57,256 nt of DNA from an uncultured Candidatus Bathyarchaeia archaeon (GTDB lineage Archaea > Thermoproteota > Bathyarchaeia > 40CM-2-53-6 > RBG-13-38-9), in NCBI GenBank assembly GCA_964598945.1, contig CAZRDQ010000001.1, forward strand, positions 1-57,256, given 5' to 3'. Below, in pieces: positions 1 through 9,963 of the stretch (within the stretch, counting starts at the first letter, position 1; each line of letters begins with the position of its first letter). Made by a program: the position numbers and the translations under genes. Under the pieces are notes generated by a model. The model was not told where the DNA came from. It saw only the letters and a program-made list of their open reading frames with translations, and did not search any database.

Positions 1-237
1 CTTCTCCTGCTCACTTTTCTTCGCTAGAAGGTGCCTCTGCATCTCGAGTAGTCGGCGGCGCTTCCAGAGGTCGAGATCAGAATCCTCGGACAAGTGATTC
101 ACCTATGTGAGAGAGTACGAGAATGTTTCTTGACCCCACATATAGAGATAATGAAAACCGGAGGCACATCAGGGCGTAGTCCTCAGCCCCATGACTAACC
201 TTGGCTACTGCCTAGTTTGGGTCACGATTTCAAGATC

Positions 238-936
238 CTAGCTTTTGAGTTTATGCTCGCCACGCTTACCCCACGCTGTTTCATAGGCGAAGATCAGCCA
301 CGAGGCCACGATCCAAGCTTCGAGGCCTGTCGGATGTACTCGGACAAGCTCATCCATAATTCTCTTGGTCTCTTCGGAGAAGTGCCCTCTTGGGAACCCA
401 CCCATGAGGACAGTCGGCCTATCCTGCCCTGCCAGCGATGAGGCCAGTCTCTGCAGCTCTCTGTCTTCTCCTTGTACTGACAATCCAACCGTGTAAGTTG
501 GATTTACCAACTGCTTCAACTGATTTAGGTCCATCTTATGGATCTCTAGGAGAGGCTTGCTTGTTAGAGGTACGCGGTGGGTTTCAAACAGCTGCTCTAT
601 CAACCCTTTGAACCTTTCACTGTTTCTGGGTATCCTGGCTCTGGGCGAGACACTGATGACGAGATCTCCTATCGTATGGATGTAGACTCTCAACTGCCCC
701 ATCAAGTTCAGCGGTGAACCAAGTGCTGCTAGCAGGGTGATGTGTACAATATCGGGTCTACCCCTTCTTGCTGAGTTAGGAAGCTTGCTCATGGCGCCGT
801 GGTGATAAGCCCTGTCGAGAAGAAGCTGTTCAGAATCCTTGCGGCGTCTGTTCGCATCTCGCCTGACCAACGGATGGTCACGTATCTCACTTGGAATCAG
901 TTCAAGTGCAGACTCGGCTAGGATTATTGTCAGCAA
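238..936 (-). CDS. nep1: rRNA small-subunit pseudouridine methyltransferase Nep1/Emg1 (SPOUT fold)
   Basis: 232-aa ORF with a TTG start. The blocks LTIILAESALELIP, RGRPDIVH and GGFPRGHF match the Nep1 family pattern. It is divergent from rnp4, as in other archaea. Confidence 0.85.
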   Translation of the reverse strand: MLTIILAESALELIPSEIRDHPLVRRDANRRRKDSEQLLLDRAYHHGAMSKLPNSARRGRPDIVHITLLAALGSPLNLMGQLRVYIHTIGDLVISVSPRARIPRNSERFKGLIEQLFETHRVPLTSKPLLEIHKMDLNQLKQLVNPTYTVGLSVQGEDRELQRLASSLAGQDRPTVLMGGFPRGHFSEETKRIMDELVRVHPTGLEAWIVASWLIFAYETAWGKRGEHKLKS

Positions 937-989
937 CAGGAGCTCCTCAAAGCTTAACGCTCAGTGGTAACGATATAAACGAGAACCCC

Positions 990-1385
990 ATGAGAAAGAG
1001 CTCCCGTGACAAGGAGCTTGCCAGAGAGAGGATAGAGAGGCTCTTCACTTTGGCGAGCGAGTGCTTCAAGGAGAATTCTCTTCTCGCCAACCGCTACGTT
1101 TCACTGGCGAGAAGAATTGGGATGAAGTGCCAAGTTCGGATGTCCAAACCGCTTAAGCTGCGTTACTGTCGTGAATGTGGATCTTTCCTTGTTCCAGGGG
1201 TAAACTCAAGGGTCAGAACCAGACCAGATGGTAAAGGAAGAGTTGTGGTTACATGCCTGAATTGCGGAACGGTCAGACGTTACCCGATGCTCAGAGAGAA
1301 GTTGCGGAGAAGAAGAGGCGCCACCGACTCAGCCGAAGATCCTCCTCGATCAAGCCGAAGATATGGATCGGCAAGACAGGGATAA
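990..1385 (+). CDS. rnp4: RNase P protein component 4 (Rpp21/RNP4)
   Basis: Track ORF 891..1385 trimmed to its first ATG at 990. It has a helical N-half (RIERLFTLA..ANRYVSLARRI) followed by a zinc ribbon (CRECGSFLVPG...CLNCG..RRYP). The Arg/Ser-rich tail overlaps the next gene. Confidence 0.8.
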   Translation: MRKSSRDKELARERIERLFTLASECFKENSLLANRYVSLARRIGMKCQVRMSKPLKLRYCRECGSFLVPGVNSRVRTRPDGKGRVVVTCLNCGTVRRYPMLREKLRRRRGATDSAEDPPRSSRRYGSARQG

Positions 1386-1594
1386 CGGCCAACGTCATCG
1401 AACAGCTTGACAGGCAACTCAAGGCAGACAAGCTCGTTAAGGTGAAAGTCCAGAAGAGCATCGCAGGGAACGAAGATATTAGTGAGATCTCAAAGACTGT
1501 TGTCTCTGCCACAGGCTCCTACCTCGTCGATCTGAGAGGCAGAACATTCACACTTTACAGGAGTAAGAGCGAGGACAAGAACAAGAGCCCTTGA
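1253..1594 (+). CDS. YhbY/CRM-domain RNA-binding protein
   Basis: KPKIWIGKTGITANVIEQLDRQLKADKLVKVKV is the YhbY (CRS1/YhbY) signature. The exact start is uncertain because the ORF overlaps rnp4 by 133 nt in another frame. Confidence 0.7.
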   Translation: MPELRNGQTLPDAQREVAEKKRRHRLSRRSSSIKPKIWIGKTGITANVIEQLDRQLKADKLVKVKVQKSIAGNEDISEISKTVVSATGSYLVDLRGRTFTLYRSKSEDKNKSP

Positions 1595-1629
1595 GCAAAG
1601 TCCGCTCGTCACAGAAGCCTCAAGAGAGC

Positions 1630-2994
1630 CTAGGCCTTGCCTTTGGCGTATTCCAGCCAGAGTCGCTCTCGCAGCTCCCTGATGCTTCTGCTTATCTTCA
1701 CAGGATAAGCCTCGGCTTGATCCAGTTTCTTGTATTTCTCAGGCAGCATCTGCAATTGCTCCGCGGCATACTTCTTGGCATCTCCGATTGAGGGGAAATC
1801 ATAGACTGGGTTTCCGTCGACCACAATAGGGATCAGCAGAGGCTGCCAGCCAGGTCCTTTCTCCAGCAGCTCATCCCATAAAGTTATCATGTCTTCGACG
1901 AACAAGCCTCCACTGGTACGTCGGTGGACTTGTTTCCTTCCGGGAAGCGTTGACTTCGAGACATCATCTGTTGTCTTCATCTTGGGAATTGCCTTGCCTG
2001 CTTCTACTCTCTCGGCGATCTTGTAGATGCCGTTGAGAGCTGAGACCTCACCTTTCCCCGTTATGGGGTTGTAGTTTGCTCCTGTGATCAATCTGGTGCC
2101 TACTCCGAAGCCGTCTATGGGTGCTCCGGACCCGATCAGCTGATCTATTACAAACTCATCGAGGTCGCTGCTGGCGAAGATCTTGGTCTCAGTGAGACCT
2201 TCAGCGTCCAAGATCGATCTTACTCCTTTACTCAGTTGGAGCAGGTTGCCGCTGTCAAGCCTTACCCCTTTCAACTCGCCACCTCTCTGTCTGAGTTCCT
2301 TGCCGACGATGCAAGCGTTCCTTGCACCCTGCAGAGTATCGTATGTGTCGATCAGAAGTATTGAGTTGTGAGGAAACGATCTGGCGTAGTCACGAAAAGC
2401 ATCAAGCTCATTATCCCTGTCCTGGACGAATTTGTGCGCCATGGTCCCTATGTAAGGTATCCCCCATATTCTACCCGCCATCACTAGCGACGTCCCTGTA
2501 GCGCCGCCGATGAATGCTGCCCTCGCCCCCATTACGGCCGCATCCCTTCCGTGAGCTCGCCGCGCCCCAAAGTCAACAACATCCCGTCCCTGGGCGGCTC
2601 TGACTATCCTGGAAGTCTTCGTAGCAATCAGAGTCTGATAGTTCATGACATTCAAAATGTATGTCTCGAAGAGCTGGACATCAAGTGAAGGCCCTGTTAC
2701 ATTCACTAAAGGCTCATTTGGAAAGACAACCGTACCCTCTGGAACAGCATATACATCCCCTTTGAACCTGAAATTCAAAAGATATTCCAAGAATCTATCG
2801 TCGAAGTCTCTTCCACTTGTGGCTCTTAGCCAGTCAACATCATCTTGAGTCACCTTGAAGTTCTGGATGAAATACACTACTTGCTCCAGCCCAGCCGAGA
2901 CCAGATAGGAGCCTTGAGGGATCTTACGGACATAGTAGTTCTCAGTGACGATGTCAAAATTGTCATGATCGAGATCAGCCTTAGCCATGGTCAA
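1630..2994 (-). CDS. pncB: Nicotinate phosphoribosyltransferase
   Basis: 454 aa. Family blocks are FETYILNVMNYQTLIATK, DFGARRAHG and GTSLVMAG..GIPYIGTMAHKFVQ. Confidence 0.85.
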   Translation of the reverse strand: MTMAKADLDHDNFDIVTENYYVRKIPQGSYLVSAGLEQVVYFIQNFKVTQDDVDWLRATSGRDFDDRFLEYLLNFRFKGDVYAVPEGTVVFPNEPLVNVTGPSLDVQLFETYILNVMNYQTLIATKTSRIVRAAQGRDVVDFGARRAHGRDAAVMGARAAFIGGATGTSLVMAGRIWGIPYIGTMAHKFVQDRDNELDAFRDYARSFPHNSILLIDTYDTLQGARNACIVGKELRQRGGELKGVRLDSGNLLQLSKGVRSILDAEGLTETKIFASSDLDEFVIDQLIGSGAPIDGFGVGTRLITGANYNPITGKGEVSALNGIYKIAERVEAGKAIPKMKTTDDVSKSTLPGRKQVHRRTSGGLFVEDMITLWDELLEKGPGWQPLLIPIVVDGNPVYDFPSIGDAKKYAAEQLQMLPEKYKKLDQAEAYPVKISRSIRELRERLWLEYAKGKA

Positions 2995-3171
2995 CTCATA
3001 ATAGTCCAGAAAGAGACCTAACGATCTCTCATCGATCAGCCCCGACTTTATTTGCGGCCTGTTGATATCCTGTTACCTCCTTGATATTTTCCTGGAGCAG
3101 GCGGCGAAGAATCAAGGTCCAGAATCTGCCACTTGGTCCGGTGAGAGTTAATCAAAACTTATATTGCGCAT

Positions 3172-3678
3172 TTGAATCTAGTGGTTAGAACTGTAGGTTC
3201 ACTGCGAGATCAAAAAGGAGCGCCAGACCACTTGCCTACGCCGTATGAGATCCCAGCCGACTTGTTCATCAAGAGACTGGCATCTTACCTTAAGGAGAAT
3301 GTTGGGGAGGTCTCGCCTCCCGCATGGTCCCTCACTGCTAAGACCGGTTCGCATAGGGAGTTTCCACCGCAAGAGCCTGACTGGTGGTATACAAGGTGCG
3401 CTTCGATCCTGCGTAAGCTCTACATCCATGGAGCGGTTGGAGTCCCGAGGCTTAGGGCTGCTTACGGCGGCAGGAAGAGAAAGGGAACAAGCAGGGAGCA
3501 CGTCAGGCCTGGCAGCGGCTCATCCATAAGGGAACCGCTCCAGCAGCTGGAAAAGGCGAAATTCGTCTCAAAACATGAGAAGAAAGGACGCAAGCTGACG
3601 AGTGAGGGCGTAAGGTTACTTAACAAGATCTCTACAGAGATGCTCAAAGAACTCAAAAGTGGAGAAGGGGGAAGATGA
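3172..3678 (+). CDS. rps19e: 30S ribosomal protein S19e
   Basis: PPAWSLTAKTGSHREFPPQEPDWWYTRCASILRKLY and GSGSSIREPLQQLE are S19e blocks. The real start is probably the TTG at 3232, preceded by AAGGAG, rather than 3172. Confidence 0.9.
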   Translation: MNLVVRTVGSLRDQKGAPDHLPTPYEIPADLFIKRLASYLKENVGEVSPPAWSLTAKTGSHREFPPQEPDWWYTRCASILRKLYIHGAVGVPRLRAAYGGRKRKGTSREHVRPGSGSSIREPLQQLEKAKFVSKHEKKGRKLTSEGVRLLNKISTEMLKELKSGEGGR

Positions 3679-4019
3679 GTTCTGAAGATCTAGGCGATGA
3701 AGATCTTGAACTCATCCGCAGAAGAAAGCTCTCTGACCTCCAACGTGCAATGGCTGAAGAGCAGAGGGCCGAGAAGGTTCAGAAGCAACTAGAAGCTCAG
3801 AAGGAGAGCCTGCTGAGGGCGATACTTGAGCCTGAAGCCAGGCAGAGGCTCACAAACATAAGGATGGTCAGGCCGGAGTTCGCCGAGCAACTGGAACTCC
3901 AACTGATCCAGCTCGCCCAGACAGGGAAGCTTAAGATTCCCCTAACAGACAGCCAACTGAAAGAAACCTTAAGACGACTCCAGAGTCAGAGAAGAGACAT
4001 CACGATAAGAAGGGTCTAG
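3675..4019 (+). CDS. PDCD5/TFAR19-like dsDNA-binding protein (MTH1615 family)
   Basis: 114 aa, with [40 protein letters not shown]. It sits in the conserved position between S19e and L39e and has a 4-nt overlap with rps19e. Confidence 0.8.
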   Translation: MSSEDLGDEDLELIRRRKLSDLQRAMAEEQRAEKVQKQLEAQKESLLRAILEPEARQRLTNIRMVRPEFAEQLELQLIQLAQTGKLKIPLTDSQLKETLRRLQSQRRDITIRRV

Positions 4020-4021
4020 AC

Positions 4022-4177
4022 ATGGCTAGAAACAAGCCGGCGGCCAAGAAGAGAAGACTGGCCAGGGCTCAAAAGATGAGCAGACCAGTCCCAACATGGG
4101 TAGTGGCCAAGACAGGTGGAAGAGTAAGATCAACGCCTAGAAGAAGACACTGGAGAAGGACCAAACTGAAGGCGTAG
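4022..4177 (+). CDS. rpl39e: 50S ribosomal protein L39e
   Basis: Not in the ORF track because it is under 60 aa. My translation is [51 protein letters not shown], which matches the L39e pattern (RPVPxW..KT....RRHWRR.KL). Confidence 0.85.
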   Translation: MARNKPAAKKRRLARAQKMSRPVPTWVVAKTGGRVRSTPRRRHWRRTKLKA

Positions 4178-4186
4178 TGAAGCATT

Positions 4187-4570
4187 ATGTCTGAAGAAGA
4201 GAACAAGACCGAAACGACGACTCCAGAAGTCACTGAGGAGACAAAGGAGCCGGCGGCAGCCCCAGAAATCAAACGACCTGCCGAGGTTGAGGAGATCGAA
4301 GAGGAGATTGAGATCGTTGAGGAGAAGTTCTACACAGTCAATCTCAGAGACGTCTGGAATGCTCCGAGGAAGAAGAGGGCCCCTAAAGCGGTCAAGACCT
4401 TGAGAGATTTCGTGAAGAGAAACATGAAGGTCGATAACATAAAGGTAAGTAATGAGATCAACGAGAAGATCTGGACAAGAAGTCTTCAGAAGCCTCCGAG
4501 GCGACTGAAGATCAGGGCAGTGAAAGACAAGGAAGGACAGGTAATAATCTTCCCGGCCAAAGCCGTGTAG
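4187..4570 (+). CDS. rpl31e: 50S ribosomal protein L31e with an acidic N-terminal extension
   Basis: The core FYTVNLRDVWNAPRKKRAPKAVKTLRDFVKRNMK...INEKIWTRSLQKPPRRLKIR is L31e. About 45 extra Glu/Thr-rich residues precede it. Confidence 0.9.
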   Translation: MSEEENKTETTTPEVTEETKEPAAAPEIKRPAEVEEIEEEIEIVEEKFYTVNLRDVWNAPRKKRAPKAVKTLRDFVKRNMKVDNIKVSNEINEKIWTRSLQKPPRRLKIRAVKDKEGQVIIFPAKAV

Positions 4571-4737
4571 ACTTGTCCAGAGACGAATTCTAGTGTAACT
4601 CAACGCACTTACCCAATGTTCTCCTTCCTGCAGCATTCCAATTCTTCCAGTACGCTGAGTCATCGGTCGAACTTTTTCGCGGATAGCGCTTCCGAACACA
4701 TAAATAAGTCGTCACGTAGCAAGTCTGGCAAACTCAG

Positions 4738-5754
4738 GTGAATGACACGGAAACCATTGCAGAAGGTCATGGACAGCTCGTAGGTTTCAGGGATCCTGAC
4801 GAGAACCGCCGCTGGGTCTTGGAGAACAAATCCAGAAAGCTTGAGGACAAGCGAATGAGCGCAAAAGAGGCAGTATCGAGACTCGTTCAATCTGGAGATT
4901 TCATAGCCTCAGGCGGTTTCGGCCATGTCAGAGTCTCAATGGCGATCATCTACGAGATCATCAGACAGAGAAAACAAGGCTTGACGATGGCAGGCAAGAC
5001 TGCCGTGCATGATATAGATCTGCTTGTGGCCTCAGGGTGTGTTGACAAAGTCGAGGCAGCCTATTCTTTCGGATATGAGCTAAGGGGTCTCTCTCACGCC
5101 TCCAGAAGAGCTGTTGAAAAGGGTAGGTGCAAAGTCGTTTCAGAGATCAGTAATGCTGCATACCAATGGCGTTTCTTAGCTGGGATGATGGGGATACCAT
5201 TCATTCCGTCAAGAACATTGCTGGGAACTGACACTTTCAAGAAGAGTTCAGCGAAAGCAGTCACATGCCCTTTTACCAATAAACCATTGGCTCTTATCCC
5301 CTCCTGCAATCCTGATGTTGGAGTAGTGCATGTTCACCGCTGCGATGAGTATGGTAACGCGCAGATCGATGGCGCCTTGATCGAGGATTTTGAGCTTTCA
5401 CGCGCTTCACGCAAACTCATAGTGACCACGGAAGAAGTGACCCCTCACAAGAGGATTAGGGTTGAGCCTTGGCAGACTGCGATACCATTCTACTTTGTAG
5501 ACGCGGTCGTCGAAATCCCCTATGGCGCGCATCCCTGTCAAATGCCGCTGAAGTACTTCTTTGACGAGGAGCACATCTCCGAATGGCTCAACCTCTCCAA
5601 AGATGATGACGGGGTAAGAGAGTATCTCGACAAATACGTCCATTCAGTTGAATCGTTCAAAGAGTATCTGAGACTTGTAGGCGGCCAGAGAAAGCTGAGA
5701 CAACTTGAGAGGATAGAGAAGAGAGGCGGTCTGAGGCCAAGGGGGACGAAATGA
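4738..5754 (+). CDS. Family I CoA-transferase subunit A (glutaconate CoA-transferase GctA-like), copy 1
   Basis: 338 aa with a GTG start. Family blocks are SAKEAV..SGDFIASGGFG, NAAYQWRFLAGMMGIPFIPSR and VHVHRCDEYGNAQIDG. It overlaps the B subunit gene by 4 nt. Confidence 0.8.
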   Translation: MNDTETIAEGHGQLVGFRDPDENRRWVLENKSRKLEDKRMSAKEAVSRLVQSGDFIASGGFGHVRVSMAIIYEIIRQRKQGLTMAGKTAVHDIDLLVASGCVDKVEAAYSFGYELRGLSHASRRAVEKGRCKVVSEISNAAYQWRFLAGMMGIPFIPSRTLLGTDTFKKSSAKAVTCPFTNKPLALIPSCNPDVGVVHVHRCDEYGNAQIDGALIEDFELSRASRKLIVTTEEVTPHKRIRVEPWQTAIPFYFVDAVVEIPYGAHPCQMPLKYFFDEEHISEWLNLSKDDDGVREYLDKYVHSVESFKEYLRLVGGQRKLRQLERIEKRGGLRPRGTK

Positions 5755-6530
5755 TGGCCAAGGAGACCGCTTACACACAGGTCGAACTGATGGCAACAAT
5801 AGCCGCAAGGATGCTTGATGACGGAAGATCAGTGTTCGTGGGCACAGGTCTCCCCGTAATAGCAGCTATGCTGGCTCAGAAGAGTAACGCACCAAACCTG
5901 CTGATAATCTATGAGGCTGGCGGCATAGGCCCCCAATCTCCCGTCATACCAGTATCCGTGGGAGACTCTAGGACTTTCTACCATGGAGTCGCAGCGTCAA
6001 GTATGCACGACGTCATGGCAGCCACCCAAGCAGGATATGTCGATTACGGATTCCTAGGCGCAGCCCAGATCGATATGTTCGGCAACATCAACACCACCGT
6101 GATTGGTGATTATGAGAACCCGAAGGTGCGACTTCCCGGCAGCGGCGGTGCCAATGACGTCGGCTCTCTATGCCACAAGACAATAATTGTGATGAAACAG
6201 GACGAGAAGAGGTTTGTCAAGAAACTTGATTTCATGACGACCCCAGGCTATCTTGCAGGGCCCGGCGAGAGGGAGCGAGTCGGGCTTCCCAGAGATACAG
6301 GTCCATACAGGGTGATCACCCAACTCGGAGTGTATGGATTCAACAGCCAGACAAAGAGAATGATGTTGATCTCGAGGCATCCCGGCGTGAATATCGAAGA
6401 GATCAAGAAGAATTGCGGTTTTGACCTACTAGTCCCACCAGTTGTGATGGACAGCGAAATCCCAACAGGAAAGGAATTGAGGATTCTCAGAGAGATAGAT
6501 CCTGGAAGTATAGTCTTGGGCAGATCTTGA
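5751..6530 (+). CDS. Family I CoA-transferase subunit B (GctB-like), copy 1
   Basis: 259 aa. LIIYEAGGIGP is the catalytic-Glu block, and GAAQIDMFGNINTT and LPGSGGANDV are also present. Confidence 0.8.
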   Translation: MMAKETAYTQVELMATIAARMLDDGRSVFVGTGLPVIAAMLAQKSNAPNLLIIYEAGGIGPQSPVIPVSVGDSRTFYHGVAASSMHDVMAATQAGYVDYGFLGAAQIDMFGNINTTVIGDYENPKVRLPGSGGANDVGSLCHKTIIVMKQDEKRFVKKLDFMTTPGYLAGPGERERVGLPRDTGPYRVITQLGVYGFNSQTKRMMLISRHPGVNIEEIKKNCGFDLLVPPVVMDSEIPTGKELRILREIDPGSIVLGRS

Positions 6531-6747
6531 TCTCAGTCTGCCTTCAACTAGCTTTCACCATTCATCCACCTGAGACAGAATCGACTCAACGTGCCTCGCT
6601 CTAGGTGAACCCATTTCTCAACAGATGCTACCGATCACCGCAGCGTAGCCTCTGGAGCCATGATGACAAGACAAGGATGAAACTTTTAAATCCTGACAAA
6701 CCAACGCCTTGCAATACAAGACGATTGAAAGGTTGAGATGCTAACAG

Positions 6748-7779
6748 ATGGAAATGAAGATTCTCGAGAAAGGAACCAAGTTTGAGAGACCTAAGATAAC
6801 GCCTAACGACTTTCGCGAGTGGGTTCGCGAGAACAAACCGCGCGTTATGGAAGACAAAACGATGGACGCCAAGACTGCTGTGAAGAGATTTGTCAAGAAT
6901 GGCGACATCGTCTCGATAAGCGGCTGCAGCTTCGTGAGGATCCCAGTCGCGATCCTGCATGAAGTACTCAGGCAAGGAATCAAGGACCTGTATGTTGCAG
7001 GAGGCACCAGATCCTACGACCTGAATCTGCTCACCGACAACGGTAGGGTCAGCCACATAGATCCCGGCTACATTATTGGACTTGAGGTCATGGGCATCCC
7101 CAGGATGGCCAGGAAGATTGTGGAGCAGGCCGTCACCAAAGGTGAGATCACACTGACAGAATGGGATAATGCGTCAATGGCTTGGAGACACAAGGCTGCG
7201 GCCATGGGGGTGCCTTTCATGCCGGTAAGGCATATGATGGGCGCAGACGGCTTCAAGTACAGCGGAGCCGTGAAAGTCCAGTGTCCATTCACTGGAGAGA
7301 AAGTTGTTCTGGTTCCAGCCCTCTATACCGATGTAGCGCTGATCCACGTTCACGAGTCAGACATCTACGGAAACGCCAGGATCACATCAGGCGCGATTGT
7401 TGAAGACTGGGGAAAAGTCAGGGGTGCCAAGAGGGTGATCTTAAGCACCGAGAAGATTGTTGACACCGAGGACATCAGGAAACAGCCCGACAGGACATTT
7501 GTCCCTTACTTCTATGTTGACGCCGTGGTAGAGGCGCGTTACGGCTGCCATCCAGGGAACATGCCCGGAATGTACTACGTAGACATGGAACACTTCAACG
7601 AGTACAGGACTGCATGCGAAGACACCACTGGCGAGGCGTTGAAGCAATACTATGACAAGTATGTCTTCAGCGTCAACTCATTTGAAGAGTACCTAGATAA
7701 GATCGGTGGAGAAAAGAAGCTAAAGTATCTTGAAGATCTCGAGTTTCTAAGAGTCAAGCCAAGAGGTGCACCCCAATGA
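6748..7779 (+). CDS. Family I CoA-transferase subunit A, copy 2 (paralog of 4738..5754)
   Basis: 343 aa and colinear with copy 1 (DAKTAVKRFVKNGDIVSISG, NASMAWRHKAAAMGVPFMPVR, IHVHESDIYGNARI). Confidence 0.8.
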   Translation: MEMKILEKGTKFERPKITPNDFREWVRENKPRVMEDKTMDAKTAVKRFVKNGDIVSISGCSFVRIPVAILHEVLRQGIKDLYVAGGTRSYDLNLLTDNGRVSHIDPGYIIGLEVMGIPRMARKIVEQAVTKGEITLTEWDNASMAWRHKAAAMGVPFMPVRHMMGADGFKYSGAVKVQCPFTGEKVVLVPALYTDVALIHVHESDIYGNARITSGAIVEDWGKVRGAKRVILSTEKIVDTEDIRKQPDRTFVPYFYVDAVVEARYGCHPGNMPGMYYVDMEHFNEYRTACEDTTGEALKQYYDKYVFSVNSFEEYLDKIGGEKKLKYLEDLEFLRVKPRGAPQ

Positions 7780-8555
7780 GCGAAGAATACAACGCCATGG
7801 AATTGATGACGATAGTCGCCAGCAGAGACATCGAGGACAAGAAGATAATCTATGTCGGAACAGGCATACCCATGCTCGTCACGTCATTAGCACAGAAGAC
7901 CAGGAATCTGAAGATCACACCGATCTTTGAGGTCGGCGGCATCGGCCCCGAGATGCCAACCCTACCGCTCTCTGTAGCATGCTCAAGAACTACCTGGAGA
8001 GCCCTCAGAGCGGCCGACAGCTCTGAAGCATTCGAGATAGCTCAAGCCGGATTCGCGGACTACGCTTTCCTAGGTGGTGCCCAGATAGACAAGTATGGCA
8101 ACCTGAACTCGACAGTCTTGGGCGACTACCATTCACCCAAAGTGCGGTTTCCAGGAAGCGGAGGGGCGAACGCCTTCGCCTCATTCGCCTGGAAGACCAT
8201 GATCATTATGAATCATGAGAAGCGAAGATTTGTCGAGAAGGTTGACTACATCACTTCACCAGGATATCTTGACGGACCGGGCGCCAGGGAGAGGATCGGG
8301 CTGCCGCCTGGAACAGGGCCGTACAAGGTCTACACGACGAAGTGCACGTTCGACTTCGATGAGAAGACCAAGCGGATGAGGTTGTTCGCTCTCAGCCCGG
8401 GAGTGACAGTGGAAGATGTCGTCGCTAACACAGGATTCGAGCTGGTTATTCCGAACAAGGTAAGGCAGACGGAGCCGCCCAGCCGTGAGGAGTTACGGAT
8501 ACTCAGGGAAGAGGTCGATCCCTACAGGGTGATCCTGGGAAGGGGAGAAGCCTAG
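7776..8555 (+). CDS. Family I CoA-transferase subunit B, copy 2
   Basis: 259 aa with IFEVGGIGPE, GGAQIDKYGNLNST and FPGSGGANAF. It has the same 4-nt overlap architecture as copy 1. Confidence 0.8.
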   Translation: MSEEYNAMELMTIVASRDIEDKKIIYVGTGIPMLVTSLAQKTRNLKITPIFEVGGIGPEMPTLPLSVACSRTTWRALRAADSSEAFEIAQAGFADYAFLGGAQIDKYGNLNSTVLGDYHSPKVRFPGSGGANAFASFAWKTMIIMNHEKRRFVEKVDYITSPGYLDGPGARERIGLPPGTGPYKVYTTKCTFDFDEKTKRMRLFALSPGVTVEDVVANTGFELVIPNKVRQTEPPSREELRILREEVDPYRVILGRGEA

Positions 8556-8559
8556 AGGG

Positions 8560-9963
8560 CTAAAGAGAGGCCCTGATTACAGAGTACCTGTGCATGGTAG
8601 CAAGTGCTTCAGCAGCCATCTCAGGAGATGTGTAGAGGGGAACCCCCTGCTTTTCAAGGTCGGCCTGCATTTGATCAACCATCTCCCACTCACTTGTTGC
8701 GAAGACCATGATAGGTTTCTCGGGATGCTTTCTTGACGCAGCCGCAATGAAACTGTTGTCTTTCAATTCAGTGAAGCCTTTGGTGACCATGAAGCCAGCG
8801 ATGATCGCGTCAACGTTCTTGTCTTCAAACATAGATTCGATGGCTATTCTGTAGGCCTCATCCATCCCAACAAGCGAGACTGAGGGCCAAATATCATAGG
8901 GATTCCCAACATCGATGAATGGTGGACTTGCCTTTCGGAATTTGTTCAAGGTTTCCTCGGTGAGCTTTGCGACCTGCAAACCTGAACTCTCGCATGCGTC
9001 TGCTGTGATGACGCCGAGACCGCCGGAGGGGGAGATTATCCCGACACGGTTTCCTTTTGGTGGCTGTTGATAGACGAAGGCCTTTGTGTAGTTTATGAGA
9101 TCCATGTAGTTCCTGACACGTATTATGCCCGCCTGTTTGAACGCTGCCTCGACTATCGTATCGTTGGCTGCAAGAGATGCTGTATGTGAATGAGCCGCTT
9201 TCGATCCTGCAGACGTTCTTCCTGATTTCAATGCAAGGATCGGCTTCTTCTTGGCTACTTTCCTTGCAACCTCTACCAGCCGCCTACCATTCTTGATGCC
9301 TTCGACATACATCGCGATTACTTTGGTTTCCGGATCCTTCTCCAAGTATTCCAGCGCATCGGCATCGTCAACATCACACTTGTTTCCCAGGCCGATAACT
9401 CGGCTGATGCCGAAATGCTCCTTTGAGAGTATCCACTTGAATGTGATTGAAGCAAAATTTCCCGTTTGTGAGATGTAGGCAGCAGGTCCTGGCCGGAGTT
9501 CGACTCCTGCCTGGAAGGTGGTTGAGAAGCGCGCTGGGCTACTGACTATCCCTGTGGTGTTCGGTCCGATTATTCTCATCCCGGCCTTCCGGGCTATGTC
9601 GACCATCTGCTGCTGTCTGCTTGCACCTTTCTCATCGACTTCTCCGAATCCTCCAGCTACGACAACAGCGTGCTTGACCCCTTTCTCAGCGAGATCCGCA
9701 ATGACCCCAACTGCTATCTCAGCGGGAACCAGGACCAGGCCAACATCCACTGGCCCCGGGATGTCCTTGACATTTGGATAGGCCTTTAGGCCGAGAACGT
9801 CATCTACTTTGGGATTCACTGGATAGATCTTTCCTCGGTATCCTATCTTCACCAAGTTTTCTATGGCGATATACCCAAGTTTCCCAGGGGTGTTCGAGGC
9901 CCCGATCACTGCAACGCTCTTTGGATCAAAGAATGTGTCCAACGGTGTCTTCATTATGCCCAC
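8560..9963 (-). CDS. ADP-forming acyl-/acetyl-CoA synthetase alpha subunit (CoA-binding and CoA-ligase domains)
   Basis: 467 aa. FFDPKSVAVIGASNTPGKLGY..IYPVNPK is the CoA-binding N-terminus and SGRTSAGSKAAHSHTASLA is the phospho-His loop. No beta subunit is present in the window. Confidence 0.8.
   Translation of the reverse strand: MGIMKTPLDTFFDPKSVAVIGASNTPGKLGYIAIENLVKIGYRGKIYPVNPKVDDVLGLKAYPNVKDIPGPVDVGLVLVPAEIAVGVIADLAEKGVKHAVVVAGGFGEVDEKGASRQQQMVDIARKAGMRIIGPNTTGIVSSPARFSTTFQAGVELRPGPAAYISQTGNFASITFKWILSKEHFGISRVIGLGNKCDVDDADALEYLEKDPETKVIAMYVEGIKNGRRLVEVARKVAKKKPILALKSGRTSAGSKAAHSHTASLAANDTIVEAAFKQAGIIRVRNYMDLINYTKAFVYQQPPKGNRVGIISPSGGLGVITADACESSGLQVAKLTEETLNKFRKASPPFIDVGNPYDIWPSVSLVGMDEAYRIAIESMFEDKNVDAIIAGFMVTKGFTELKDNSFIAAASRKHPEKPIMVFATSEWEMVDQMQADLEKQGVPLYTSPEMAAEALATMHRYSVIRASL

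Noticed and set aside
1-93. Partial minus-strand ORF running off the left edge (TTG at 93 after GGTGA; ..SEDSDLDLWKRRRLLEMQRHLLAKKSEQEK), vaguely like the PDCD5-type protein at 3675..4019.
   Set aside because: Only 31 codons are visible and the stretch is low-complexity and charged. That is too little to call a gene or a family.
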